Part shown: positions 52,915 to 64,000 of the stretch, one piece after another
How positions within the stretch are numbered: the first letter of the stretch is position 1
Layout of the letters: each line of letters begins with the position of its first letter
NCBI RefSeq assembly: GCF_026210795.1
Contig: NC_089432.1
Span: 310,001 to 374,000 of the forward strand
Source: Rhizophagus irregularis
Lineage: Eukaryota
Direction of reading: 5' to 3'
Length of the DNA stretch: 64,000 bases
The notes under the pieces: model-generated
Database searches by the model: none
Told to the model about the DNA's origin: nothing
The model's input: only the letters and a program-made list of their open reading frames with translations
Translations under genes and position numbers: made by a program

Positions 52915-53045
52915 CTGGTTGTCCATATGAATTTCTCACATAAGCATTGCAATACTATAAATATTTGATACAAAAATATATTCTCTTCCAACAATAACTT
53001 CAGGCGCTACATAAGGAAGATTTCCATTTATAATTTTTAATGGAT
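52915..53045 (-). pseudogene. Protein kinase fragment (subdomains VIII-IX)
   Basis: GNLPYVAPEVIVGREYIFVSNIYSIAMLM*EI, frameshift, YGQP. Confidence 0.75.
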
Positions 53046-53949
53046 TATTGGCATATCTTTTGAAATTGGAACTTTCGTAAAAAATGCATGACGGTGTAAG
53101 TATTCATGATTATGAAAAAATAATTTTTTTTTATTAATGAAAATTTCGTTTTTTTCGTAGGGTTATCTTCGGTAGATACGGCCTTGTTCTTTTGATTTGG
53201 AGTTATTATTGAACGTAATCGTACTGGGTCGCTCATAACGGAATACTCTTGAGTGTTAGGATTTTGATTCATTAAAAATGATATATATTAAGGCTTTAAA
53301 AATATTAATGATACTCGTAAATAGTCAATTATTTTATTAATAGTTTGGGATTTCAAATGCTAAAATATTTAAATTGTACCTTTTATGAGAAACAGTATTT
53401 TAACTTAAACCCTTTGCTCAGTTTGTATGTTCTATCGTGCTCAGATCTCATAGTAAAAAACTTAAACAAACGCCAAATGTTTTATGACGGATATGACGCA
53501 CTGTGATTATACAATCACATAATATAGTGGTGTATAGGGATGACGCACTTACTGCGCATGATATTTTTTCGATATCTTTCTGTGCATTTCAAATGATCAA
53601 TTTCATGAAATTGCAAAGTGTGTATCTTTGTTTTATTTATTTTTATTTGGTATTTTGTGGTTTTTTTTTAATTTGAAAACATCACTAACATTCTCTTTTT
53701 TTCTTTTATTTAAGAATTCCAACAATAAAAAGAAGTAACATGAAATAAAAAAATCATCCAACTAGTTTATCTCATTGAACCTAAAGATAACCCCTCATAA
53801 TAATAACTATTTTAATTAGCTACGAAAAGTACAAAACAAGCTAAGATCAAGAGATATGATCAAGATAAATTCCAAGAATCAAATCAAGAAACACAACCAA
53901 AAAATTCCTAAAAAAAGAAAGAAGGAACATTAATAATGCTCCAAGATTA

Positions 53950-54410
53950 AAAAAAAAGACGCAAACTACTTGTGAAAATTTATACTGAAGTCCAAGGTAT
54001 TTCTAGAGTAAGAAAAAAATATTATTAATAACATTTTCAAATAGAAAAAAGATACTGAAATAAAAAAAAATGTGAAACTTACTTTTCCAATAAGGTCTAT
54101 ACCGAAGTGCAAAGTGTTTCTAAAGAAGAAAAAGAAAAATAATATATACAAGGTTCTCAAATAAAAAAAAAGACATTAAAATGAAAAAACGTGATACCCA
54201 CCTTTCCAATTTGCAATTTTACTAAGTCCATATCAAAGTTCTAAAGAAGAAAAAACAATTGCGTTAACAAAAAGATACTGAAACGAAAAAAACAGGACAC
54301 TCACCTTTCCAACCTGCGATTTCAAGGTCCATATTGAAGTGCAAAGTATTCCTAAAAATAAAAAAAAAGAGTATTATTAATAATGTTCTCAAATAAAAAA
54401 AGACACCAAA
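53950..54410. repeat. Degenerate tandem array, ~120-150-bp units
   Basis: Recurring GAAGTGCAAAGT-type, TTCTCAAATAAAAAAAGACA, AAAAGATACTGAAA and CACCTTTCCAA blocks. Confidence 0.65.
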
Positions 54411-54523
54411 AAATTTACCTCTACATGCGTATTGCGAATCTATTAAAATCAAATTAACTGCATAAAAATTAAGTCACAAGATTTCTGCCAATTAAATTTA
54501 GTGGAGTGACCAGAGATATACAT

Positions 54524-55644
54524 ATTTATTTTTTTTATTTACGATCGAAAATAGTGAATGTAAGATTACATATAATAGAATTATAAAATAAAACTAAAAA
54601 TGATATTGTTAACATTTTGCATCCCCTACGGGACCTATTTAAGTTTGGGAATAATAAAGACTGGAAAACTACGCTGCAGCCTATATTTAAAAAATAAAAT
54701 GAATAAAAAAAAACGCACTGGGACCAGGAATGTGACCAATAAAAGGGGATGGAAAAAAAGCGGAAGCTAAAAAAAAACCAAAGACACCGAGAAAAAGAAA
54801 AAAGAAAGTAAAATAGAAAAAAAAAGAAAAACACCATCCTACCGATCCACCTAAATCACCTTAAACACCAATTAACTGCTTTCTTGGGTCCTACAAAAGA
54901 AATAAGCGCCACTGATTTCACCTAAAAAGAAAAATGTTATGACTGTAATACAGTTAAAGCCACTTATTCTATGCTATTTAGGATTTGATTATTCACAATC
55001 TTATACCAAAAGGTTCAGGAGTTTTAAAAGTAAAGAACGCGTGTCTTCAGTCTTTTGTTGAGTATTGGATTTGTTGCACGAACGAGTCAAGGAACTGAGC
55101 GATTTGCCCAAATTTTTCCCTTTACTTTGCTGTGAATAAGGTTTTTTGTCCTTTTTGGACTTTTGAGGAATTTTTTTTGTGGGAGGAGTTGAAATGGTCA
55201 GCTTCCAATGATGCTTAAATTCCATACATCTAAGTAGGTGTTCATGCGTTTCAAAGTAAGCAATCAACTGACATATCCCATGCACCTTTAAATGAATAAA
55301 AGCGTGACCCTTCAATTTATGACTCAATGTATGTTCAAAGGATTGATTATTGTGGTAACTGAATGCTAACGGATTAGATTTCCAGTCTTCCAGAAGAGAA
55401 AATTTTACTTGAAAATGTTCCCAAGCCTTATGTTCTCTTAATTTCCAATGTCCAGGATACCAGCGGACAAGACCATCACCCAATTTTTGTTGCCACGTTC
55501 TCATAACAAAGTCCGTGTCTACAGTTGGTTTTAGTATCATTTTAGTCCAAACGGACTGATACTTGTGTTGTGTCTTAAAGGATATTTCCAATACTTGGCC
55601 CCATGACTTTAAATGTTCCAGGATGGCATCATGTGACCAGGCCG
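54524..55644 (-). mobile_element. Non-LTR-type retro-insertion with an ORF1-like reading frame and no RT
   Basis: Perfect 14-bp TSD CCAGAGATATACAT (54510-54523, 55645-55658); A-rich tail at 54524-54540; ORF open from the 5' junction to the stop at 55001 (HLKSWGQVLEISFKTQHKYQSVW...VRWYPGHWKLREHK). Confidence 0.85.
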
Positions 55645-55709
55645 CCAGAGATATACATCATCATACATTGATCACCATACATACATACATCGGTCACTAC
55701 AATAAATAC

Positions 55710-57300
55710 TACATAATCTTTAAAAAATATTAATTTTTTTGGTTTTGGTGTAGAAGTTACAACATAATCAAATAGGTAAAAAAGAGATCTACTTTCATAC
55801 TCTAGGATATCTTTTATTACTGACTTATGCTTACTACCACCACCTTTAAAAGATTGTCTAAAAAAATAAGTAACTTGTTGATGATTTTTTTTTCTACAGG
55901 TGCGCAAGAAAACGCCTTTATGCCCCATTGCTTATGAATTTCCATAAACTTGGATATGTGATACACGAGAACATGTATGTATGGAGTAATTGCGCTTGGA
56001 CTGTACAATCCTTTTTCAATGCGATTTGAATTTGGAATAACTCTATCTGGAGTTAAAAACAATTCCAGCCAGTCTTCTGCTTCAAATTGAAACTGGTGTG
56101 GGTCATAATCTTTTAATTTAAGATTGGAGTAAATTAGGTTGAATCTATCCCACAACTCTCAAATTTTTTTGGCTCGTGAAGGTGGTAATATTCAACCTAA
56201 ATCAAAATCTTTTAGAACTTTTAACTTATCATTACCCATTAATGATGTATAATTCCATGTATTAGATCCATTCTCTTCCCAAAATTGAAAATGAACTCCA
56301 ATTCTGTTCATTTCTTGCACAATTTCATTATGACATATGTTATCAAATTGATCAACATCTTTTAATTCTGACAAGACTAAGCTCCAAAGACGATCAAAAA
56401 TTCGGAGCATAATATGAAGTTCATCTGGAATCCAATGATCTAAAGAAATCATATTAAAGAGTGGCTTTTTACTATGACCTGGATATTCATTTATTTTTTC
56501 CATTTTTTTACTAATTTTCCAATTAGTTTGATTATTAATTTGGTCATGCTTGGATATCTGACACCACGGACAGAAATAATTTGAATTAGCTGCATTAAAT
56601 CCAAGACATATAGACAGAAACTTCCAGTCAGAGCTAAAGTACAACTCAAACTTCCAAATTATATTATTAATTTTTAAACCATAATTCTTAAGATCATTTA
56701 GTTCTTGAATGAATGGTGACATCATAACTTCCAAAAGTTCATAACTCTCTATTCCTGGAAAAAGAATGGTTGTATAGTGATGATCAGGTTTGTGAATGTT
56801 TTGTTCATCATTCAAAATCGCCATAGTGATCATAACCTGTTTTATTTTCCTTCCCACATTACGTCCATCTCCAGATATACGTAAATGAATTATTGGATTA
56901 CTTATATCCAATACCCCTTCAAAGATGAGAGCTGGTATAATATATGTTAAAATATCTTTTGCACTACGATGCCCTCCATTTGTAATGTTTTTAATTTCAA
57001 TTATCCCTTCACCAAAAATATATGAACTTTCAGCAAAATCTAATTCATCTAAAGTTGGAATAATTGGAATATTAATGAGACTAATTGCAATTTTCTGATT
57101 CATATTTTTTGTTATTTTAAGTCATTGTTCAGATACTATCCATTCACGTTCTAAATCAGGTTCCACTGCAACTAAAGCTCTATAACCCTCACGAGACAGG
57201 AAATTTTGGTCAATTACTTGTACTATTGAAGTGACTTTTTTTTCTGTTTCTCTATCATCCTTTGATCCATAAGCAATTTGAAAGCCCATATGCTTAACAT
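55710..57300 (-). pseudogene. Decayed RAG1/Transib/Chapaev-like DDE transposase
   Basis: ISGDG, SSDWKFLSICLG..ANSNYFCPWC, PDELHIMLR, TPYIHVLVYH, FSCAPVEKK(NH); in-frame TGA stops and a poly-A frameshift near 55885. Confidence 0.75.
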
Positions 57301-59969
57301 TATATGATAGTATATATAATAAGGACGTTAAAAAATACTTGAAATGAGTTATTGAAAATTTCAGTAAGATTTTTTAATTGTCCTCTTCCTGGAGTACCAA
57401 ACGTTTTTAATTTTATTTCTGGAACGCAACCTTTCAAATACTTTTTTCCATGTTCGATTGTAAAGTCTTCCATGGAATTTTATTATTATTATTATAGGAG
57501 AAATACTCTTCCATCCACTCGTAAATATATTCTTTTTCTCTATGCGTAAAAGGTACGTGGATGGTTAAACAGACTAAAACAAAGAAAAATTACTTCAAAG
57601 ATTTTTTCTTTATAAAAAAAAGGATTATAATAATTTACTTATGTCGCGGATCCAACTTATTCCACCAACTACATTTTTGTGGTTAATAAATTAATTTAAT
57701 ATTTTTTCTTTAAAAAAAAGAGAGAACTGAAAAATTGGTTATTAACTTACGAATGACAAATTTGCCTGGGACTGTGTGGAATAATTTTACTCAATTCCAC
57801 AAAGGAGCTTCGATTTACTCTTCCGTACTACTCCATTTATCTCATTCTAATAAAAATTATTAAAATAAATAGAAAATTAATATCTAAATTTTTAATATAA
57901 ACTGCTTTAACATACATTCAGGTCAATTCTACAAATTGTTCTTCGTTAATGTTGGCATACTTGTTAATTTTAGTGAACGGAAGGTTAGTGAAGAGAATGA
58001 AGAGGATTTATAAAATTTCTAAATGCTTTCAGTTATTCTTATTATATTTATTATATATCTATTTTATTATACATTTTGTTATCATTTTAATAATATATTA
58101 TTAAAATAAAATGCAGTTCAAGTCAATTATAGAAGTCGACTTTAATATACAGTGCATATGTTTAAATATTGATTGAATTATGCCTTTGTGTAAGTGAAAA
58201 TTTTTTTTTGTGAGTAGGTAAAATAAAATAAAGTTATTAGGTCTAGATTGTAAAGAAAATATACATTTTAAGACAGGTAATAGATTACTCATATCTAGTT
58301 ATCTTAATAATATCATGTGTTACACGTACAAATTAATCATAATGGAGAAATTAATTTGACAACGTTGACACAATTTAGTTCAATGAAAAAATCTCATCAT
58401 TCTTAAATATTCGAAATTTCGAATTGTTGCTTCTTATTTTGATAAAATTCCCGAAATGATCCGTTAACATAAAAAATATTTGCTATAATTTGCTTATAAT
58501 TACTTTATCTTTAAACTAGATACAGTATTTCCGATAAATATGATAAATATTATAAAATTCCATGATACTATTCCTAATAAAAGTATTATTTTTTTTTTTC
58601 ACACACTAATCAGCTGATCTACTGATACGTTTTTCAATTATGATGGTACAGAAAAAATTAAATTTTTTTTTTTATATTCTTTTTTTTAAAAACGCATTTG
58701 AAAGTTCTCCTGATGTGATATCTTAATATTACTATATACAGTATGCAATATATTATGTATATATTGATTCATGTTCGGTAGATGCGGAGATTTGATCCGA
58801 TCAAAATGAATGCGATCTGATATAGTGGTACAGAAAAAGCCAATAAAAAGCGGTTCTTAGATATCTCGTGACTTTTGATTTCCTTCGTTAGCGAAAAGTT
58901 TTATTTATATTTTCATAAAAAATGCAAAAATAATACATATATATATATAATTCCCATAACGAAATAATAAATAGCGTAAATAACATAAAACATAATATAT
59001 GAATATTCTTGAATAACATAAATATCATAAATAATATCAAATAAAATAAAGTATATATATAATTCAAAAACAAACAAGGGTAAGAAAATACGACATAAAG
59101 CTTCAATAAATAAAAGGCATAAATTACAAATATCATAATTTTCCCATTTGTATAATTATATACAAAGAAATTATCTTAATCCTGACTAATTTTTTTCACA
59201 AGTTAGTTATCATAATTTAAAAGGCATGAAATAGAAATTTTTGAATACCCATTTTGATTTTTTGGAATAAGCAATTCATCGGAATTAACATGATGAAAAA
59301 TGAATTTACGTTCATCTTCTTTAGCATCCAAATTTTTTACTTGTTCTTGTTCTTGTTTTTCGGGTCCAATCACTTCTTGTTCGTATTTTATATTTATTTA
59401 TTTAGATGGATTTTAAATTACTTAATATTTGCCAGAATATATTCTGTTTTACTTTTTTTTTTATTTTGAATTATTTAAACACTAAGTATAGAGTAAGTAA
59501 AATTTTTTACAAGGTTCTTAGTTTGTAATTTAAATAATTCAATATTTCATTGTTTTCATTATTGTTATAACTTACCTGTTACTCATTAAATAATAATTTA
59601 ACTTTTACGATAATATTAAATTCTTGCAAATAAATTATTTTATGTATGGAGTGGGAAGTTTAGTACTGAGTTAATGAAGCTTACAATAAATAAGTCGTAG
59701 AGGTATGAGTAAATTAACAGCTAAAATTTTTATGTTGGTATGATTTGTTTGTTGAATTTTGTTTATTTTGACTATTAAAAGGATGTAATAAAATTAACCC
59801 TTTCAATAATACAAAGTAAGTAAAACGGAAGAACTAAACTTATAAAAATTAATGATCGATCAAATTAATGCGAATAAACAATCATAATGCGGGCCGAAAT
59901 TACTGACCCAATCACGTGATATGATCACGAATATTTTGGTCAATTGATATAAATACTGTATTTAAACAA

Positions 59970-61382
59970 ATTTTGTCAACAAACCTATTAAACATTTACT
60001 ATATAAAAAGAAATTTTTATTTCCTAAACAACAAGATTATACATTTTCGGTTCCTATTTTTCCCTCACTCCCACAGCAAAGGCAGAATTATCGCTGGTGT
60101 TGAATCAAGTACTGCGAAGCATATTCCCATAGTTAATCAACCATCACCTTCACTAGTCTTGATAAATAACCCTACCGATACTACTCCTCTTGTTACTACC
60201 GTAACCACACCTGCTACGCCTCTCACGACTTCCGATAATATGGAATTACCGAAATTGGATGGTCCTTCGACCCCTTTGGTCTCAATACATGACCAAATCG
60301 CTGTCAACATACCTCCTGTTGACGTGGATTTTGACAATAGTCACGCTTCTGATATTCCGGAGGAATTAAAACCCTTCATACCTGAAGGTCCCTTACTTTC
60401 AACGGATTCGAAGTTATCAAACAAACAGCACAGACGTAAGGGCGCGTTCCTTTAATACCTGGCAGCAAACGATATCTTGCAGAATTACGGAGACATAAAA
60501 AACGTCATGATGGCGAAGTTAAACAGAAAAGCATACGTTTAGCACGACAACATCAAGCCAAATGGCTCGGCACTTCCCTCAACAAATTAGAAGAACGTCA
60601 GGGTTTAACTAACGACCTCACTAAATTTCATGACATTTATCACACACGCATGACCTCGTTCACCAACAAACGCAAAAAGATCAAAGACCCTGCCAAATTA
60701 GCCAAATTGGAATCGGCATATGAAGAATTCGTATCGGAATTCTCTTTTTCGACATTCATCAACCCCAATCTTACCTCAATATCGCTATAAAGGCGATACA
60801 TCTGATGATACCGAATCAATTGAATCACGCCCGAATAAGCGTGATGTTAGTACTATGGCAAGCTAGATCTGACGCCCTTGTTCATCAACTGTTACCCTGG
60901 AGACTCCTAGTTGTTTGGACTTATAGTTTTTTTTTTACTATATTTCTCTTTTTGTATTATTTTGTAATGAGTCTAGATACCCTTTTACCTGTAGGCTGTA
61001 GCTGTAGCTTTTTTAATATTAGTCTACATCATTTGTTACTTCAACCCACAACACAAAACAATTTTGAATAGTGTGAACCACTCCATCTCTGACAGTATTT
61101 ACAGATGGCGGCCTTTTGGTCGAAAGAAAAATACGGATCATCAAAACCTTTTCTCTTTTTCTTAATTGATATAATTTCTTTTCTTCTTTTTTTTTCTTTG
61201 CGTTCAGTTTTAGACAGTGCTGGCTATACCTAGTATTGTTTTATCAATAACAGGCGAGGCGATTTCTTCTTCTTGGGAGGAGGTGGGTTTAAACGCGTAC
61301 GGTGGTGTATGTAGTGCCTTCGTTAAGGCCTCGTTCCATAATACATTTCAAAAATAAAAATAAAATAAAAATAAAAATAAAA
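59970..61382 (+). mobile_element. Non-LTR-type retro-insertion with a frameshifted unknown ORF and no RT
   Basis: 12-bp TSD GTATTTAAACAA (59958-59969, 61383-61394); (TAAAA)n tail at 61350-61382; broken ORF ~59973-60866. Confidence 0.85.
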
Positions 61383-62330
61383 GTATTTAAACAATGGAAA
61401 TATTTTTTAATTTATAATTTTTATGATTAAAAATATTGGACCATTAGCAAATTAAATGCGTAGATAATTTAATACTCATGTTAAAATTCAAATTACAATT
61501 TACTATTTCATCATTTATCGTAAAATTTATTATAATCATGAAAACATTTGATCCAAATTTACCAACAGATTTTTATTTAAATCATTGTAAGAATTACAAA
61601 GGATAAAATAATTTACTCTAGATTCTACTTATTCAAATGGGAATGTCAATTAAACTAACATTAATTATTCTCATTTCAAAATTAGCCAAAAAAAATACAT
61701 ACCCATACATTAATATTAATTAATATTACGTAATTCAAAAGTCAATTATTTCGTCACGTTATTTATATAAAAATAAAAAATCGTAAATGATCAATATAAT
61801 AATAAGACATCTCACATAGTTGTAAGATACTTTTTCCTCAAAGTGGCACAAGAGTGTTCTGTATATTTGTGTGTAAATTTATAGGTTGTTCTTGTTTCTT
61901 ATAATAACTGATAAAATACATTTTTATTCCTATTTAATTCAACTGCAAAAGATCTGCAGAAAATGGGAATCTGGCGTGACGTCAAATAAAAGTAAAAAAT
62001 TATGTGAAAAATTTATTGTAAAAATCAAACTATTTGTAACTTTGGGATAAATATTATGCATTAAAATATGTTGGTGTCGAATGAGTTTACATAAAGAGCA
62101 TTACTTTTAAGAAATGAAAATAGGGTATCGGAAAAAATTACTAATGATCGACATAAATTTGCGAATTTTTTGCAGTTGACTCACGGATTACGAATTAATC
62201 TATTTAATAAAATTTAAGATGAAAAATTAAATCTTGTCATTAAAACTCAAATTAAAAAAATTTTAAAAATGTTAACTAGGAGAATAAATTATCCAATAAA
62301 CAAAAAAAAAAGTCCCCGTACACCGAGACT

Positions 62331-63354
62331 TTATTCCTCATTCGGAGCATCACTTAAAATCCATTTTAAATTTAAAGGATGATGATTTGATGTTATAACA
62401 GTTGACGTTTGGGAAAAATAAGGTTGAATCCATTGTGGCTCAATGGCTTGAGATGGTGGGAAAGTAGGTCCATTTTTGCGTATATTTTGAGACGGATTGC
62501 TTGCGACAAATGTTGGATATAATGGGGAAGTTGTGGTTGGACTTGTAGACGCTATCCATATTCGTTCATCCGAAGTAGTAATTGGGACACGCATTTGCTG
62601 TAATGATATATCATTTGAAGTAGTTGTTGAATAATCATTTGATGCACAAATATAAATTGCATTAGATGAAGATGCTGTTCTTAACGATGACGTGAATGAA
62701 TTATTGATGTCATTAAGATCTATTTGACTTACATCGTTCATAATAACGTCACAAGGTCCGTCTTTGTTTTCATCATAAATTGTGTGATTATCAATTATGG
62801 TTTGATACATTGCTAAATTAACAATCCCACCATAATGTGTGTTTGGATCTCTATTATCAACATTTTTTATAGCTTCACTTCTTATTAATCTAGAAGAAGC
62901 AAGCCTTTTCTCTAACATTGCTATCCTATCATTTAAAGTTTTGATTTCGTTCTTTGCCGAAGTATAAAGCACTTCAAGATTTGAAGTTCTTAACTCTAAA
63001 CTTCTTATATAGTTTTTCTTACTTTGACGAAATGTTCTTTGGTTGGTTAGGTTCTGAACGTGCTTTTTCTAATTGGATGAAAAAAAAAAGGTAAGAAATA
63101 AGGAATAGATACTCAAAAAATGAGAATCGTTTAGGAAGTATGTATACGGGAAAATAAATTAACGTACTTGGCTGTTATTAAGCACCCTGAAAACGGGTAT
63201 CATCGAATTTGACCAGCATTATATGCAAAAAAGGGTGCTCAATAACAGTCACATACTTTAAATTCATATTGCAATCTTGTCGCGTAAAAAAAAACACAAC
63301 ACTCACATCCAAAGGTATAGTCGCCAATGGTTTTCCACCGCGTCGATTCGGCAT
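62331..63354 (-). CDS. bZIP transcription factor (Yap/AP-1-like)
   Basis: Exons 63354-63307 (MPNRRGGKPLATIPLD) and 63068-62331 (KKHVQNLTNQRTFRQVRKNYIRSLELRTSNLEVLYTSAKNEIKTLNDRIAMLE); a further 5' exon from ATG 63698 is possible but its phase does not fit as written. Confidence 0.8.
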
Positions 63355-64000
63355 TGGTTTTCCGATAGGTTGCAATTTAGAGTTTGTTGTTCTATGCAAG
63401 TATACAAAACAAAAATGAAAAGATTACGTTAAGGGAATTGGTTACAAAAAAAAAAAGTATTTATGTAATTGTTTCTTTAATATCGCGCAATTGTAAATGA
63501 AGCTCTACTTTTACGGATAAATTATAAACAAAATAACTTACGACAAAAAATGATATCTAATGATGATGCTTGAGAAAGTTGAGGGTTAGGAATACAGTTA
63601 TTTATTGGAGATTCATTATATTTGAAAGACGAAAAGGAACCGTTAATAGGTTTTGGTAAAGGTAAACTGAAACGTTGGGGCAACGATCGGTCACTCATTT
63701 CGAAAGGGAAGGAGAAATAAGGAAAATTTCGTTGCACAAGGAAAGTTTTATTCAAGATTTAACATTATATAGAAAATAATCCATTAAAACGTGTCTGTAC
63801 TTGATATATGATTGGCCTCAAACTTAATTCAGTTTTTAATTTGAATGCATAATTTGCATTTAATAGAAGCCAATAGTTTAAACACAGTGCTTTTGATCTA
63901 CTCAAACTTAAAAATATATAAGGTAATAAGGCTTTAAGAAAAAAAATTACATTGTGATGATACAACAATGAAAATTTTTCCGTATAAAGTTTCAAAAAAG

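Overview
Very AT-rich, intron-containing eukaryotic DNA. The gene families (TKL-kinase/Sel1 fusions, MATA-type HMG box, BTB and kinase debris, small secreted proteins) point to an arbuscular mycorrhizal fungus such as Rhizophagus; this is inference. About seven plausible host genes: two divergent small secreted proteins, two kinase-Sel1 genes (both lacking the catalytic HRD Asp), a Sel1-only gene, an HMG-box TF and a Yap-like bZIP TF. They lie among dense mobile DNA. The main finds are: (1) a complete 4.87-kb P-superfamily-like DNA transposon with TIRs, a perfect 8-bp TSD and an intact 9-exon ~1238-aa transposase; (2) a 186-bp MITE inside a Sel1 gene whose own TIRs supply GT/AG splice sites, so it can be removed as an in-frame intron (introner-like); (3) a decayed RAG1/Transib-like transposase; (4) several A-tailed, TSD-flanked retro-insertions, two carrying ORFs but no reverse transcriptase; (5) a pseudogene of a secreted protein with a bacterial-type DUF6973-like motif. 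Exon structures and family calls were made by eye without database searches.
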